From the NCBI GenBank assembly GCA_964016885.1, contig OZ024743.1, forward strand, positions 288,052,001-288,116,000: a stretch of DNA of 64,000 nucleotides, given 5' to 3'. Below the pieces are notes generated by a model. The model made no database searches. It was not told where the DNA came from and saw only the letters and a program-made list of their open reading frames with translations. Below are positions 40,162 to 52,960 of the stretch, piece by piece. The first letter of the stretch is position 1. Each line of letters starts with the position of its first letter. A program made the position numbers and the translations under genes. The DNA is from Eledone cirrhosa (Eukaryota).

Positions 40162-42258
40162 TTACCGTATTTTTGGTAGAGGAGGGATGGTTTTTACATC
40201 CCTTTTCACTTGATCGTCTGGTGAAGGGACCGTTGAATCGTCCCTTCGGCTGGTCGTCGGCTCTTCTAAGAGAATGTCTGAATATACTCTTCGATTAATG
40301 GTTCCTCCTAGGTCCCTGAAATCACCAACTGCGTTGGGGAATTTCGTTTTAATGTTTGTGTATTGTTTCTGTGCTATTTTTAGCAGTCTTATGTTAGTTG
40401 GCGTTTTGATTGGTGCTGGTATTATGTAGTCCTGTTGTGAAATGTCTGTGTGTTCAATTATGTAAGTCATTAGTTTCTTGTTGTGTGTGTTTATTGCCGT
40501 GCATTTGTTTTTCTGGGGGTGGGGTGTGGTTCTGCTATTTTCTTGTCGTTGTTGCTGGGTGTGTGTGTTTTGTTGTTGTGTTTGCGATGTTGGTGCTTGT
40601 GGTGGTGGTGTTGAAGGTGTTGTTGGCGGTGGGGTTGTCGCCGGTGGTGATGGTGGTGCTGGTGTGGGTGGTGATGGTGTTGGTGGTGTTGCTGCTGTGG
40701 GTCTCTTTGCAGTAGACTTTACCCTTTTCTCATTTCTTTCCTCCCTTTTCAAAGGCGACGAAGCGCTGCTTCTGCGTTTGTGCCTTCTTGAGACCTTTTG
40801 CCATCCCTCTCCCACCTCACACTCCATGTCTGATTCTGTAAGGTCGGGGAGGGGTACCAGCTCCACTCTTTCACTTGTTGTTGTTGGTGATGTTTGCACT
40901 GGAGTCTCTGTTGCAGCTGCATTTGGTATTGCTGTTGTTGTTGTTAATATTTCCACTGCTGCTGCTGTCTTTGATTTCCGTGGAGTGGGTATGGGTGCCA
41001 CGGACCTATCGTTCCTGGTTGCCGCTTGTCCTGTTGCTGGTAGCCGTGGAACCGGATTCGGGAGGAGGGGGGTTTTCTCCTTTCTCAGGGTCTTCTCGTT
41101 GCAGAAGGCCCTGAGGTGAGTCTTCGATCCACAGCGAAAGCATTTCGGGCGTTTGCCCTCAACACTTATGGGCAGTTGAGTGCCGTTATCGAAGTCTATC
41201 ACATCCGGGATAGCTTCGATGCACTCCTGGTTGGTTTGGATTAGCATCTCAATGGAGGAGCCGACCCAATCTTCTCTTACTTTTTTCTGTACTTGCAGTA
41301 CAGTTGTTTTGTCCTCGATTCCGACGAGGACAGACGCGGCCAGCCAAGAAGGGGTCATTCCGGGGGGGACGTGGGTCAGTTTGACCCTCACAATTTTTTG
41401 CCCGCAGTAGGAGGGCACCAACACCATTTCCTCGCTCCTTAGGGTCACTACTGATTGGGCCTTTGCCTCCTGGGGTGTGGCAAAAAGTACGTCTACGGTG
41501 GCGTATTTTTTGCCTCGGGTGATGTGCGTTTTCCTCTGCCACACAGACCCCAAGGCTTTTTGTATTTGGGCCTCTGTGGCTCTTTCCACCCTACGGGATT
41601 TTGTACTTACTGTACGGTACGTGACCGTACAGTGCTCTTGGGTTTCGAAAAAATTTTTCGCTGCCTTGCAGATTGCTCGGTGTCCGTTCTTTGTCACCAT
41701 CTTCTTCGCTTCCTCTAATTCCTCATTTGTTATGAGGATTGTTTCCAGGTTTTTCGCAATACCTGCAAATGAGATTGGTTTTTCTCTGCTGTTGTTGTTG
41801 TCGTCAGAGCTGCTGGTACTTTTGTTGTTGCTGCAGGTACTACGACTACTGCCTCCGCCGCTGTTGCTGTGGTTGTTGTTGGTGTTGCTGCTGCTAATGC
41901 TGTTGTTGTTTATGCTGCTGGTGATGCTGTTGCGGCTGCTACTGTTGTTTTCATTGTCACTGTTGCTGTTGTTATTACGGCTGCTACTGCTATTATTCCT
42001 GACGTCAGACGAATGAACTGGGTTTTCGTATTTCCCGCACACCTGTTTCGTCGCTGTCGTCGTCGTCGTGGAGAAACCTTGCACGCTTTGCACGAGACTT
42101 TTCTTTTCTTTCGTCGCTTGCGAAAGAGAAGGGAGGGAGAGAGACACATTTAAAGAAGGGAGGGAGAGAGACGATCTTCTCTCTCCTGTAGTGATGATTG
42201 AGGAAGAAGAAGACGGAATGAGTGGGAGTGACGTATGAAATTTCTTTTTGGTAGCCAT
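40162..42258 (-). CDS. Tx1-like ORF1 (gag-like, CCHC knuckle, low-complexity termini)
   Basis: Open frame from the ATG at 42258 (MATKKKF); CFRCGSKTHLRAFC knuckle; stop 35 nt before the ORF2 ATG. Confidence 0.88.
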   Translation of the reverse strand: MATKKKFHTSLPLIPSSSSSIITTGERRSSLSLPSLNVSLSLPSLSQATKEKKSLVQSVQGFSTTTTTATKQVCGKYENPVHSSDVRNNSSSSRNNNSNSDNENNSSSRNSITSSINNNSISSSNTNNNHSNSGGGSSRSTCSNNKSTSSSDDNNNSREKPISFAGIAKNLETILITNEELEEAKKMVTKNGHRAICKAAKNFFETQEHCTVTYRTVSTKSRRVERATEAQIQKALGSVWQRKTHITRGKKYATVDVLFATPQEAKAQSVVTLRSEEMVLVPSYCGQKIVRVKLTHVPPGMTPSWLAASVLVGIEDKTTVLQVQKKVREDWVGSSIEMLIQTNQECIEAIPDVIDFDNGTQLPISVEGKRPKCFRCGSKTHLRAFCNEKTLRKEKTPLLPNPVPRLPATGQAATRNDRSVAPIPTPRKSKTAAAVEILTTTTAIPNAAATETPVQTSPTTTSERVELVPLPDLTESDMECEVGEGWQKVSRRHKRRSSASSPLKREERNEKRVKSTAKRPTAATPPTPSPPTPAPPSPPATTPPPTTPSTPPPQAPTSQTQQQNTHTQQQRQENSRTTPHPQKNKCTAINTHNKKLMTYIIEHTDISQQDYIIPAPIKTPTNIRLLKIAQKQYTNIKTKFPNAVGDFRDLGGTINRRVYSDILLEEPTTSRRDDSTVPSPDDQVKRDVKTIPPLPKIR

Positions 42259-42492
42259 GTTTTTTTGTTTAAAATGAAATTTTGGGTACAAAACCCCAAT
42301 AACTGGCTATTTAACCCCGAAGGGCCAAATAACGGACAGAAAGACCCCTCTCACGAGGAGGAGGGTGTCTTTATCAACAATTTGGTTCAAGTTTTAAACA
42401 ATTTACAATTGTTTTAACGGTTAAAAATTACTATACCTTACAGAGCCGAGCCTCCGTCAACCATGGCATTCAATAATAATAATAATAATAAT

Positions 42493-44440
42493 GTTTAGAG
42501 ATTTTCAAAATATCCCCCGTTATCAGGAGGTTTTTGTCATTCAGTATGAGGACATGGAGAACGACACTCCTTTTGAATAGTGAAACAAAATCACTGGAAG
42601 CTGGAGAAGTTAACATTAATTGTGGAATTTTTCAGGGTGACTCTTTATCACCGCTTTTATTCTGCATCGCACTTATACCATTAAGTAAAATGCTCAATGA
42701 AACAAAACATGGATATAGAGTCTATGACAAAACCATTAATCACCTGTTCTACATGGATGACCTGAAACTATTTGCAAAAAATGATGAACAATTGCAAGGG
42801 CTATTATCCACTGTAAAGCAGTTCAGTGATGACATTAAAATGGAGTTTGGACTGGATAAATGCGCCAAAGCAACGTTCACCAGAGGAAAGCTGCTGAAGA
42901 GTTCAGACATTAATCTTGATCGGGGGAACGTGATAAGAGAGCTTGATCAAGAACAAACTTACAAATATCTAGGTGTTTGTGAAGGAGACGGAATCAAGCA
43001 CTCGATAATGAGGGAAAGGATAAGGAAGGAATGTTACCGCAGAGTCAGAGCAATCTTAAGAACGGAATTGAATGCAAGGAATAGGATCGATGCCATAAAC
43101 ACGCTTGCCATACCAGTAGTAACCTACAGTTACAATGTCATCAACTGGTCAAGCACAGAGATCCGTAGGCTCGATACAAAAATCCGAAAATTCTTAACCA
43201 TGCACAGAATGCATCACCCTAAGGCAGACATAGATAGAATATATCTCCCTAGGAAAGAAGGAGGACGTGGGTTAATCCAGTTAGACATTGCGTTGAAAAC
43301 TGCAACAATTGGATTATCCACATATCTAAGGGAATCACATGATTGGATGATCAAACTCGTTTTGAAACACGAAAGCACCAAAAGATCATATTCCATTACA
43401 AAAGATGCACAAAGATACAGTAATGGACTACAAATTTCAGAAGTCCCATTTACTGCTGAAATGGAAAACACAGAAAAAGCAAAGCAGGTAAAAGTAACTG
43501 CAAAGAAAGAACTGCTACAGAAACTGGCTAAGAAATGGCAAGAAAAGCCTCTGTATGGAAAATACCCAGAGCGAGCTAACAATCCTGATGTTGACAAAAC
43601 TTTAACCCATCAGTGGTTGGCATCCTCTGGACTGAAATCGGAGACTGAAGGACTGATTATATCCGCACAAGATCAGTGTCTGCCAACAAAAAATTACCAA
43701 GCCAACATAATAAAAAATGGGTGCAGCCCATTATGCCGTGTATGCAAAAAACAACCAGAGACCATTGACCATATAATTTCAATGTGCAGTCCTATAGCTC
43801 CAACCGAATACCTAAACAGGCATGACAGAGCTGCACAATACATACATTGGATAATGTGTAAGCATTTTGACCTGCCCCATCAAAAGAATTGGTGGGAGCA
43901 TCAACCACCTCCCATACTTGAAAAAGATCACATCTCAATCTTGTGGAACTTTAGCATCCAAACAGACCGAAAAATAGATGCAAATAGACCTGATATAATA
44001 TTGAAGGACTTTCAAAGGAGGGTATGCCTGCTAATTGATATGTCTGTTCCAATAGACAAGAATGTATCTATAAAAACATTTGAACAATTGAGCAAGTATA
44101 AGGACCTGGAGATAGAAATTGGAAAAATGTGGAAATTGAGAACTAAAACAATACCAGTGGTTGTAGGCGCTCTGGGAATGATACCTAAGGGGTCTAACGA
44201 CTACTTATCGCAAATCCCAGGAAACCCGCGTATAGGAGAAATACAAAAGATAGTACTAATGGGAACTGCCCATATACTAAGGAAGATCCTGTCAATATAA
44301 GTACATCACAAGTCTAAACACTAAGGATGCATGTGTGAATATGTGTGTTCTTTCTTGAACATGGCGGACCTTGTTGTCTCTTGAGGTCACTGGTTGTGAC
44401 TTGGTGATAACTCGTATAAACATAAAGCAAGATAAATGCA
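42493..44440 (+). mobile_element. 5'-truncated R4/Dong-like element, family A (ORF open to 44300)
   Basis: GIFQGDSLSPL, YMDD, YKYLG, CRVC..QPETIDHIISMC, RHD, RPD...IDMS.P...KY RLE motif; (TAA)n tail. Confidence 0.92.
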
Positions 44441-44476
<36 letters not shown>

Positions 44477-47238
44477 TCCTCAAAGTAACAGCAAATACGG
44501 TGAGAAAACTACTTGGTATAAAAGCGAGAGGAAACAACAAACAAGAAGAAACGACTGAGTGTTCAAATAAGGGAAATGAGAAATGACATTGGAAAGCTTG
44601 AGTCCCTACTGAATGGGACACTAAAAAACATATACACTAAAAATAGACTGGAAATAAAGTACAAAACTAGGAGGAAAAAGCTAAATATTATCATAGAGGA
44701 ACTGAAGCAACGCATTGTAGCAAAGAGTGCAAAAATCAGGCGATACGAGAACAGAGTCAGTCAGTATAGACAGAACCGCATGTTCGACAACAACCAGAAG
44801 ATGCTGTTTGGACAGCTTGAAGGGAAAGAAAGAGGCAACGACTTGATCCCTGAGGCGGAACAAACTAAAACATTCTGGAGAGGAATATGGGAGCAGGATG
44901 TTCAACATAATGACCAGGCAGTGTGGATTGAGACAGTACAGAAGGAGATTAGTGAACAGGCACACCAACAAACTGATTTGAGTATCACAGTTGAAACTCT
45001 TAAGGGGCAGGCCAAAAAATTAACCAACTGGAAATCACCAGGCCCAGATGGTGTGCAGGGGTATTGGATTAAAAATATAACATCCCTCCACCCGAAACTG
45101 ACAACCATGTTCAATGACTGCTTGATGTCAGGTGAGGTACCAGAGTGGTTGACAAAAGGTACCATAGGTCTGATAATGAAAGACCGAATCAAGGGTAATG
45201 ATGTTACCAACTATAGACCTATCACATGTCTGTCCGTAATGTGGAAACTGTTGACAGGCATTATGTCTGAGGAAATCTACCATCACCTCCACACAAACAA
45301 CATGTTACCGGACGAACAGAAAGGATGCCGAAAGAAGTCACGTGGTACAAAGGACCAGTTACTTATTGATAAGATGGTAATGAGGAATTGCAAGAGGAGC
45401 CACACTGGTCTTGCCATGGGATGGATAGACTACAAAAAGGCATTTGACATGGTGCCTCATTCTTGGATCACCAAAAGCCTGGAGATCTTCAAGGTGGCAG
45501 ATAGCATCAGACAGTTGTTGGACAAAAGTATGAAGTCCTGGAAAACAGAGTTAACATCAACTGGAGAATCCTCGGAAAGCGTGAAGATCAAGAGAGGTAT
45601 CTTCCAGGGAGATAGTCTGTCCCCTCTGTTGTTTGTCCTTGCCCTGATGCCCCTGACCAGTGTACTGCGAAAAGTGAGAGCAGGATACAGGTTGGGAAAG
45701 GGAGGGCTTACCATCATTCACCTCCTCTTCATGGACGATCTTAAGCTCTTCGGGAAGAGTGAGAAGGAGTTGGATGTGCTTGTTGACACTGTCCGTATTT
45801 TCAGCAATGATATATGTATGCAATTTGGTATTAGTAAGTGTGGAGTCCTTGTGATGAAGAGGGGTAAATTGAGCAGAAGTAACGGAATAAGGTACCAACA
45901 GGTGAGATGATAAAGGAAATTGACTCTGAAGAAGGATACAAGTATTTGGGTGTTCTGGAGGCTGATGACATCAAGAACAAAAAAATGAAGGAATTGATAA
46001 AAACTGAATACATTCGGAGAGTAAGGAGCGTATTAAAGTCACATCTGAACAGTAGGAATGCCATAAGTGCAGTAAATTCCCGAGCTGTGTCTATTATTAG
46101 GTACAGTGCGGGAATTCTGAGATGGAATGTTGCTGAACAAAAAGAAATGGATAGGAAGACTAGGAAGCTATTGACTATCTACAACATGTTCCACAAGAGG
46201 AGTGATGTCGATAGACTCTACTTAAGGAGATCTGAAGGTGGAAGAGGTCTTACCAGCATAGAAAACTGTGTTCAGATGGAGAAAAACAACCTACACAAAT
46301 ACGTGACTGATAGTAAGGAGCCAATGCTCAGAACTGTACTGAAGGAGGGGACAATAGACCAGGGGATGTCCAAGGAGGAAATAACATAAAGGAGAAAGAG
46401 CAGCCTTCAGGAAAATCCCTTCATAGTACCTTCTTTGAGAAAACTGAATTCAGAGATCCACAGACATGGAACTGGTTGAAAAGAGGAGACCTTAAAAAGG
46501 CTACAGAAGGAATGTTAATGGCTGCGCAGGAGCAGGCCCTCAAAACGAAGTGGTTGAAACACCATATTTACAAGGAAGAGGCTAGCCCACTGTGCAGGAT
46601 CTGTGGAGAGAGAGAGGAGACTGTGGCTCACATTGTATCCGAGTGTAAACACCTAGCCCAGACTCACTATAAGGGCTGGAGACATGATGTGATGGGCAGG
46701 GTGATCCACTGGCACCTATGCAAAGTAAACAATTTACCACATTCTGAGAAGTGGTATGAGCATAAGCCAGAGTCGGTGATAGTAAACGATCAGGTGAAGG
46801 TGCTATGGGATTTTAGGATACAGACGGACGAGAAACTGGAACACAATAGACCTGACCTGGTGGTTGTGGACAAAGAAAAAAGATCGTGCCTGATTGTGGA
46901 TGTGGCCTGCCCATTCGACACGAGAGTGCAAGAGAAAGAGAGGGAGAAAATTAACCGATACCAGGACTTAAAGTGGGAGGTAAAAAGGATTTGGAACTGC
47001 CATGAAGTCAAAGTGGTCCCGATTGTCATAGGCGCACTAGGTACTATCTCAAAAGGTTTCCAGGGATGGTTAAAGAAAATTGGCCCCTTCACGCTTTTTG
47101 GAACGCTTCAAAAGGCATGCTTGCTGGGAACAGCAAGAACCCTCCGATACGTACTGAATATCTGAGATTGCAGGAATTGGCTTGATATTCATTTCAACAA
47201 ACTTTCCAGTTAACTAACATCAATGACTGAGACTCAAA

Positions 47239-47240
<2 letters not shown>
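44477..47240 (+). mobile_element. 5'-truncated R4/Dong-like element, family B, with frameshifts near 45900 and 46390
   Basis: NWKSPGPD, YRPITCL, EQKG, IDYKKAFD, QGDSLSP, FMDD, CRIC..EETVAHIVSEC, RPD..VDVACP..K..RY; (TAA)n on both sides. Confidence 0.92.
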
Positions 47241-47286
<46 letters not shown>

Positions 47287-47543
47287 TAATAATAATAATG
47301 TTTTCTTTATTAACCACAAGGGTTCACATAAAGTAGACATTAAGGACAGTACAGGACAATACAGGACGGTACAAATGGGCATTTCTGCGTGTAAAAAAAA
47401 CAGAGGTTGAAATAAAATAACAAAGAAAAATTCCCCAATAGGGGGGAGACTTCCAAGGGACATTTGTGGAGAAAGCCCATTAAAAGACCACAGTGGCCCT
47501 GACCACCAGGGCAAGTGCCCTCTCCCAGTTTTCCACCTTTAAT

Positions 47544-50500
47544 TTACAGACACATACTCAGAGAAGGCCCATTCATTCGGGCCATACTTGCTTCTCTCAC
47601 CCATCTTTCAACAAAATGCTGGGAAGAGAGCACTTCCCTCTCTATCCTGATTTTCCTTTTCAAATGAAATTTGAAAAAGTTAATCAGGGCATCACCGAAG
47701 AGGTAAGTGCTCGTCTTCAGCCCTTTCGAACGTGTCCACCATACTATCTCTTTCGCCATGGCCACCAGACAGATAAAAACTGCCTGCCCTTCCAGGCTAA
47801 AGGAAGGGGGCGGGGCAATCCTCACGATGGACTCAGCTGATAGCTGGATCCGTCCTACACGTGACAGCAGGTGTTCGACATAAACCCACAAGTCAGCAAT
47901 GCTCGGACACAGGACGAGTGCGTGCAGGACGGTTTCGTCGCCCTGCGCGCATCTCGGACATGCCCGGCTGACGGCACCTCCATGCCTGTAGAGTTTATCC
48001 CGAACTGGAAAAGCTCCTCGGTAGCACTGCCAGGCCAGGGATTTCTGGAAGTTGTCCATAGGCCCCGGCCCGAAAGTCCTTCCGAAGAGATTGGCTAGTT
48101 GATTTTCGTTGACGCCTAGAGTTTCTCCAAGTACGTCGTCGCTCTTCCCCTCCACTAATCCCCTATAGAACGCCAAGGTGGAGTTTCCACCGATCACATT
48201 GCCCGACTGGTCGAGGGCTGTGAGCGCCTGAAGACATTCCAGTCTCCAAGCGCTCCCTCTCGGTCTTCGCTTCACTCAGGACTGCAGCTCCGTCAAGGAG
48301 ACGAGCTGGGGAAAAACGTGTCTTGCAAACGGCGACCACACCTGATCACCGTCGAGGAAGAGGTGGAGATGTCGTAGCCTGAGCGCGTGTCTGCGCATCA
48401 TCAGCCACGGCATGCCCAGCCCTCCACGTAGCGGGTGTTGACAGCAGATGGACCGCCTGACCATCGGAGCGCGTCCCTTCCACAAGAAGCGAAAGAGCAA
48501 ACGCTCCAGCGCAGTCAGGCGGGGCTTAGGACAAGGTACGACGGTCAGGCGGTAGATGACGGATGTGATGTACGCATTCGCCACCTCCGCTCGACCTTTC
48601 ACGGATAGCTTCCTCTCGGCCCATTTCTGGGTGAGAGAAGCCACCCTGCTCGTCACCTCGTCCCAGTTTTTGTCCGTCTGGAGGTCTGGACCGAACCAGA
48701 CCCCTAGCAATTTAACCGGTCCGTCCGTCCAGCGCCCGACGACGCTGTTGGACGGCATGGACCTGCCTCTCTAGGTGCCGAGCTGCAGGCCCACTGACTT
48801 TTCCTGGTTGATCATTGCTCCTGTCACCGCTTCGTATTCTCTTAGTGTAGTGCCGATCGCCTCGATGTGTTTGGCGTTCGACACCACTACGGTGACATCG
48901 TCCGCATATGCTGACACGGATCTTCCGCATCCTAGTTCGCGCGGGACCCCCCTCAACGTCTCCAGTTTGTGCAGTAATGGCTCGAGAGTCAATACGTACA
49001 ATAGGGACGAGAGGGGACATCCTTGGCGGACCGAGCGCATGATGTTGAACGGTTCCGAAAGGTGACCGTTCACTCTCACTACAGAGCAGATGTCGCTGTG
49101 CATGGCAGCGATCCAGCCTCTGAAGAAGGGCCCAAAGCCAGCCGCCCTCAGGACTGCCGCTAGGTAACGATGGTCGACCCTATCGAAGGCTTTCGACTGA
49201 TCTAAATTGATCAAAGACCCACCCGTGCCAGGTTCCCTAGCTACCCTCTCTACGATGTATCGCATGAGGTGGAGGTTGTCGTGGATGGATCTGTCGGGAA
49301 TGGCGCATGTCTGTGCCTCTCCCACCAGACCACCAACGACAAGCGCCAACCTCTTTGCTAGCACCTTGGCCAAAATCTTGAACTCTGTGTTTAGCAGAGT
49401 TATGGGCCTAAAATTATCTATGTTGTTCCCCTTGTTCGGATCCTTTCTCAGCAGCGCCACCGCTCCTCGGCTCACAGAGCTGGGAATTCTCCCGTTCTGT
49501 TGCCAGTTGCAGTAGACGTCCGCCAAGAGGCCTCCGAACAAGTTTGGCATTTGTACGTAAAGTTCATAGGGCAGACCATCCAAACCAGGCGATTTACCCC
49601 TTGTGCAACTAGTCATTGCATCCCGTACTTCAGCGGTTGTTATCGGCTTTTCGCAACACTCCGCCTCAGTGGCCGAAAGCCGCGGCAGTCCGTCGAGGTA
49701 GACACTAAAGTCCATCCCTCGATCCGGCCCGCCACTGCCCCCGAACAGTTGAGCGAAGTGTCGCTGAAAAGCTTCACACATTTGCCCGGGATCGAGTAGC
49801 ATGCGCCCGTCGTGGTCCATCAAAGACCGGATCGTGGCTTTGTTGCCACGACGCGCCTCCGCCACTCGGGCCCATTGAACGGCTTTCGTCCCCTCGTGTC
49901 TGAGAGCACGCACCCTATCTCTGACAACGCAGCCTTCGTGTTTTGCATTGAAGAATTGGTCAAGGGCCAATTTCGCCGCAAGTACGTCGGTCGCGATGCC
50001 TTTGCTAAGCGCTTCATCTAATTTTCTAACTAATTCTTCCTCTACTCTATTTTTCTCTATTGCTAAAGTCTTACTAAACCTAATGGACTCTATTCTAATT
50101 GCTCTTTTCAGAGCAAACCACCACTTGTTGTTGACGATGGCCCCCGTCAACGCCCGCTTAACTAGTTCGCTAATCCGGTCTCTGTAGGCCTTGCGCGCTG
50201 GTAAGGACGCGTTTAGCTTCCAGTAGCCGGGTCCTCGTCTATGAAGCCTATCTAAGTCAAGCACACAGATCACGAATTTGTGGTCCGTGTAGCTGACTAT
50301 CTTGAATTGTGGACAGCCTATGCTAGACCTATCTATTTCCCTACAAAATACTCTATCTAGATATGATCTGGATGACCCTATGCGATTTGTCCAAGTCCAC
50401 ATTGGTACATTCGGGAAATCCATTCGGTACCTGTCAGACAGTTCAAAACGTCTGAGCAGGTTGGTGAGACTCTTGCACCCTCCTTCCCTATCCACTAATC

Positions 50501-50960
50501 CCACACAATCCCAGCGTGCATCTAAGATCCCGTTCCAGTCGCCCACTAACACTAAAGAGCGGGACGTTCCAAGAAAGGTCTCCAGACGCCGGAAGAAATC
50601 AGGCCGCCCTGCTCCTGTCGGGGCATAGACGGCCACTAACCTGAAAGCTTGCCCGTCTCCGCTGGTCACGTCCAGCACAACCAACTTACCTTCTGGGTCC
50701 AGGAAGATGGCCCGTATGGCAAGATCCAAACCTCTCCGAAAAAGCACAGCAACTCCTCCCCCCGATCCCGGACGGCTGGGAGATGCGTTCACATCGTAGC
50801 CGCCGAAGATCGGTGCGAAAGCCTGTGCTTCGGAGATTCTGGTCTCGCTGATGGCCACTACATCTATGTTTAGTGACCTGAGGTCGTTGAGCAGGTGGCC
50901 CTGCTTCCATGACGACCCCAAGCCACGCGCATTTATGCTGCCTATTCTGAGTGAGGTCAT
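47544..50960 (-). pseudogene. Tx1-like ORF2 with two premature stops
   Basis: Colinear with copy A; Trp codons changed to TAG (48771) and TGA (48276). Confidence 0.92.
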
Positions 50961-50994
50961 GTTGAAAAGGAGTGGAAAAGATGGGAAAGACCAC

Positions 50995-52960
50995 TTACCT
51001 TACTTCTCGTAGGGGAAGGACGGCTTTTCCATCCTTTTCACTGCTTGTGGCCTCCTCAGGAAGGATGTCCTTATAAATCCTCCTGGAGAGTGCTTGTCGG
51101 AAGTCTCCGATGTCTTTGGGGAATTTTTGTTTTAGTGTCATGTACGTTTTCTGTGTGATGCGAGTGATTTGTATGTGTGGAGGTGGTGTGAATTTTGGGG
51201 TTGTTGTGTAGTCTTTTTCTGTGATGCTGGTGTTGTGTTGGATGTAGTGTAATAATTGCTTGTTGTTCAAATTTAATGCTGTGTAGTGTGTATCGTTTTG
51301 GTTGTTTTGTTTTGTTTGCGTTTGTTGTGGGTTTGTTTCTGTTTCGCATTTTGGTGACTTTTGTGGTGTAGGTGATGGTGGTGTTGGGGTTAATGATGGT
51401 GATGGTGATGGTGTTGGTGTTTGGGTTGATGGGGTTGGTGATGCTGGTGTGGATGGTGGTATATCTGTCCTAACTTTTTTGTTTCTTAATTTATTTGTTT
51501 CCCTCTGTATTTTGTTTTTGGAGGGGGAAGGAAGAGAATTTTTTTCTTTTTTGGTTTCTTTTTTTTTTCCGGATATCGTTTCCCACTCCTCGTCGTCACA
51601 ATCTGTCTCCAGTTGTGATAGGCCGGGGAGTGGAAAATCCTCCACAGGCGTTAGTTTTGGTTGTGGCGTGGTGGATGGTGTAGGCGCTGGTGCTAGTTCT
51701 GAAGCGTTGGGTGGTGGTGGTGTTGGTTTTGCTGGTGGTGGTGGTGGTGTTGGTTTTGCTACTGTTGCTGGGGTTGTTGCTGTTATAGTTGCTTCTGTTG
51801 TTGCTGCTACAGTTGTTGATGCCATCTCTGCTACTGGTGGTGTTGATGGTTGTGTCACTGGGGTGGGTAGGAGAGGTGGCCTCAACCTTTTAGCCTGAGG
51901 GCAGAAAGCCCTTAGGTGGGTTCCTTCACCACAAACGACACACCTAGGTCTTCTGCCCTCGACAATTACCGTGAGGTGGCTGCCGTCAGTGAGGTCTATT
52001 ACCTCTGGGATCTCCTCAATGCTTTTTTGGTCCGCTTGGATCAGGAGCTCCATCCCAGATCCGGACCAGTTCTCCTGCTTTTCTTTTGCTATTGCTATTA
52101 TTTTTGTGTTGGCTTCGATGCCGGCGAGGAGGGCCGCTATTAGCCAGGGAATTTCGATGGCCGGTGGAACGTGGGTCACCCTGATCTTTACGAGTCTCTG
52201 GCCACAATAGCTTGGGACGAGTGTGAAGTCGTCACTTCTTAATGGGGCCATGGGGTGTTCTGTAGCCTCCTCTGATGTGGGTTTTTCTTGCCCACACATG
52301 TCCCAAAGCTTTTTGGATTTGGGACTCGGATGCCCGTTCCACTCGGCGCGATTTTACATTTATTGTTCTATACGACACGGTGCATAGGCGCCGATGCTCC
52401 ATTTTATTAGGTGTGTGTGGGGGGGGGGGGGTGAGGCTGACGCTGTACCCATCTTTCTTTACCATTTGTTTGGCATTTTCTAAATCCTCCTGAGTTACCG
52501 TAAATGCTTCGAACTGTTTTGCTACTCTGGCGAAACTGAGGGTGGTTTTTATAATGTCATTGTTGTTGTTGTTGCTATCGTTATTTGTGTTAATATTAAT
52601 TTTAGTTTCAGTTGTGGTGGTGGTGACGTCAGTCGTCTTTGGTGGGGAAGAGTCCATTTTGCTTGATTTCATTTCGACATCACGAGTTAATTTATTTTTT
52701 TCTTCTTTTGTTTCTGTTGTCGCGGTGGTGGTGGGGGTGGGGGTTGTCGCGGTGGTGGTGGTGGTGTAGGCTTTAACACCTGCAGTCATTGGTAATGGCG
52801 GGAAATGAATGTCTGCCTGAGACAAATTTAAAATATTGCTAGTGCTTATATTTTTTTTAGTGTTGGCAAACGTAGTAACATTTACAATGGTGGGGTCGGT
52901 GTGAGGTGTTAATTTGTGAGAAAGCCTTTCAGCTGCTTGGTGCAGAGGTGAATTAGCCAT
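50995..52960 (-). pseudogene. Tx1-like ORF1 with deletion/frameshift near 52240-52290
   Basis: CTVSYRT..KSRRVERA.E.QIQKALG.VW.RKTHI, LVPSYCGQ and CVVCGEGTHLRAFC are homologous to copy A ORF1. Confidence 0.85.

Larger units (their letters stand above)
36444..42471 (-). mobile_element. Full-length Tx1-like (L1 group) non-LTR retrotransposon, copy A, flanked by (AAT)n
   Basis: Two intact ORFs with 5' and 3' UTRs; (AAT)n at 36395-36443 and 42472-42492. Confidence 0.9.

Noticed and set aside
48276-48773. Two Trp-to-stop G>A changes as a deaminase signature
   Set aside because: Two events are too few, and TGG is the commonest route to a stop codon.
36656-52769. Many plus-strand ORFs overlapping the Tx1 elements and minus-strand ORFs overlapping the R4/PLE ORFs
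   Set aside because: Antisense or alternate-frame shadows of GC-richer TE coding sequence; their recurrence only reflects element duplication.
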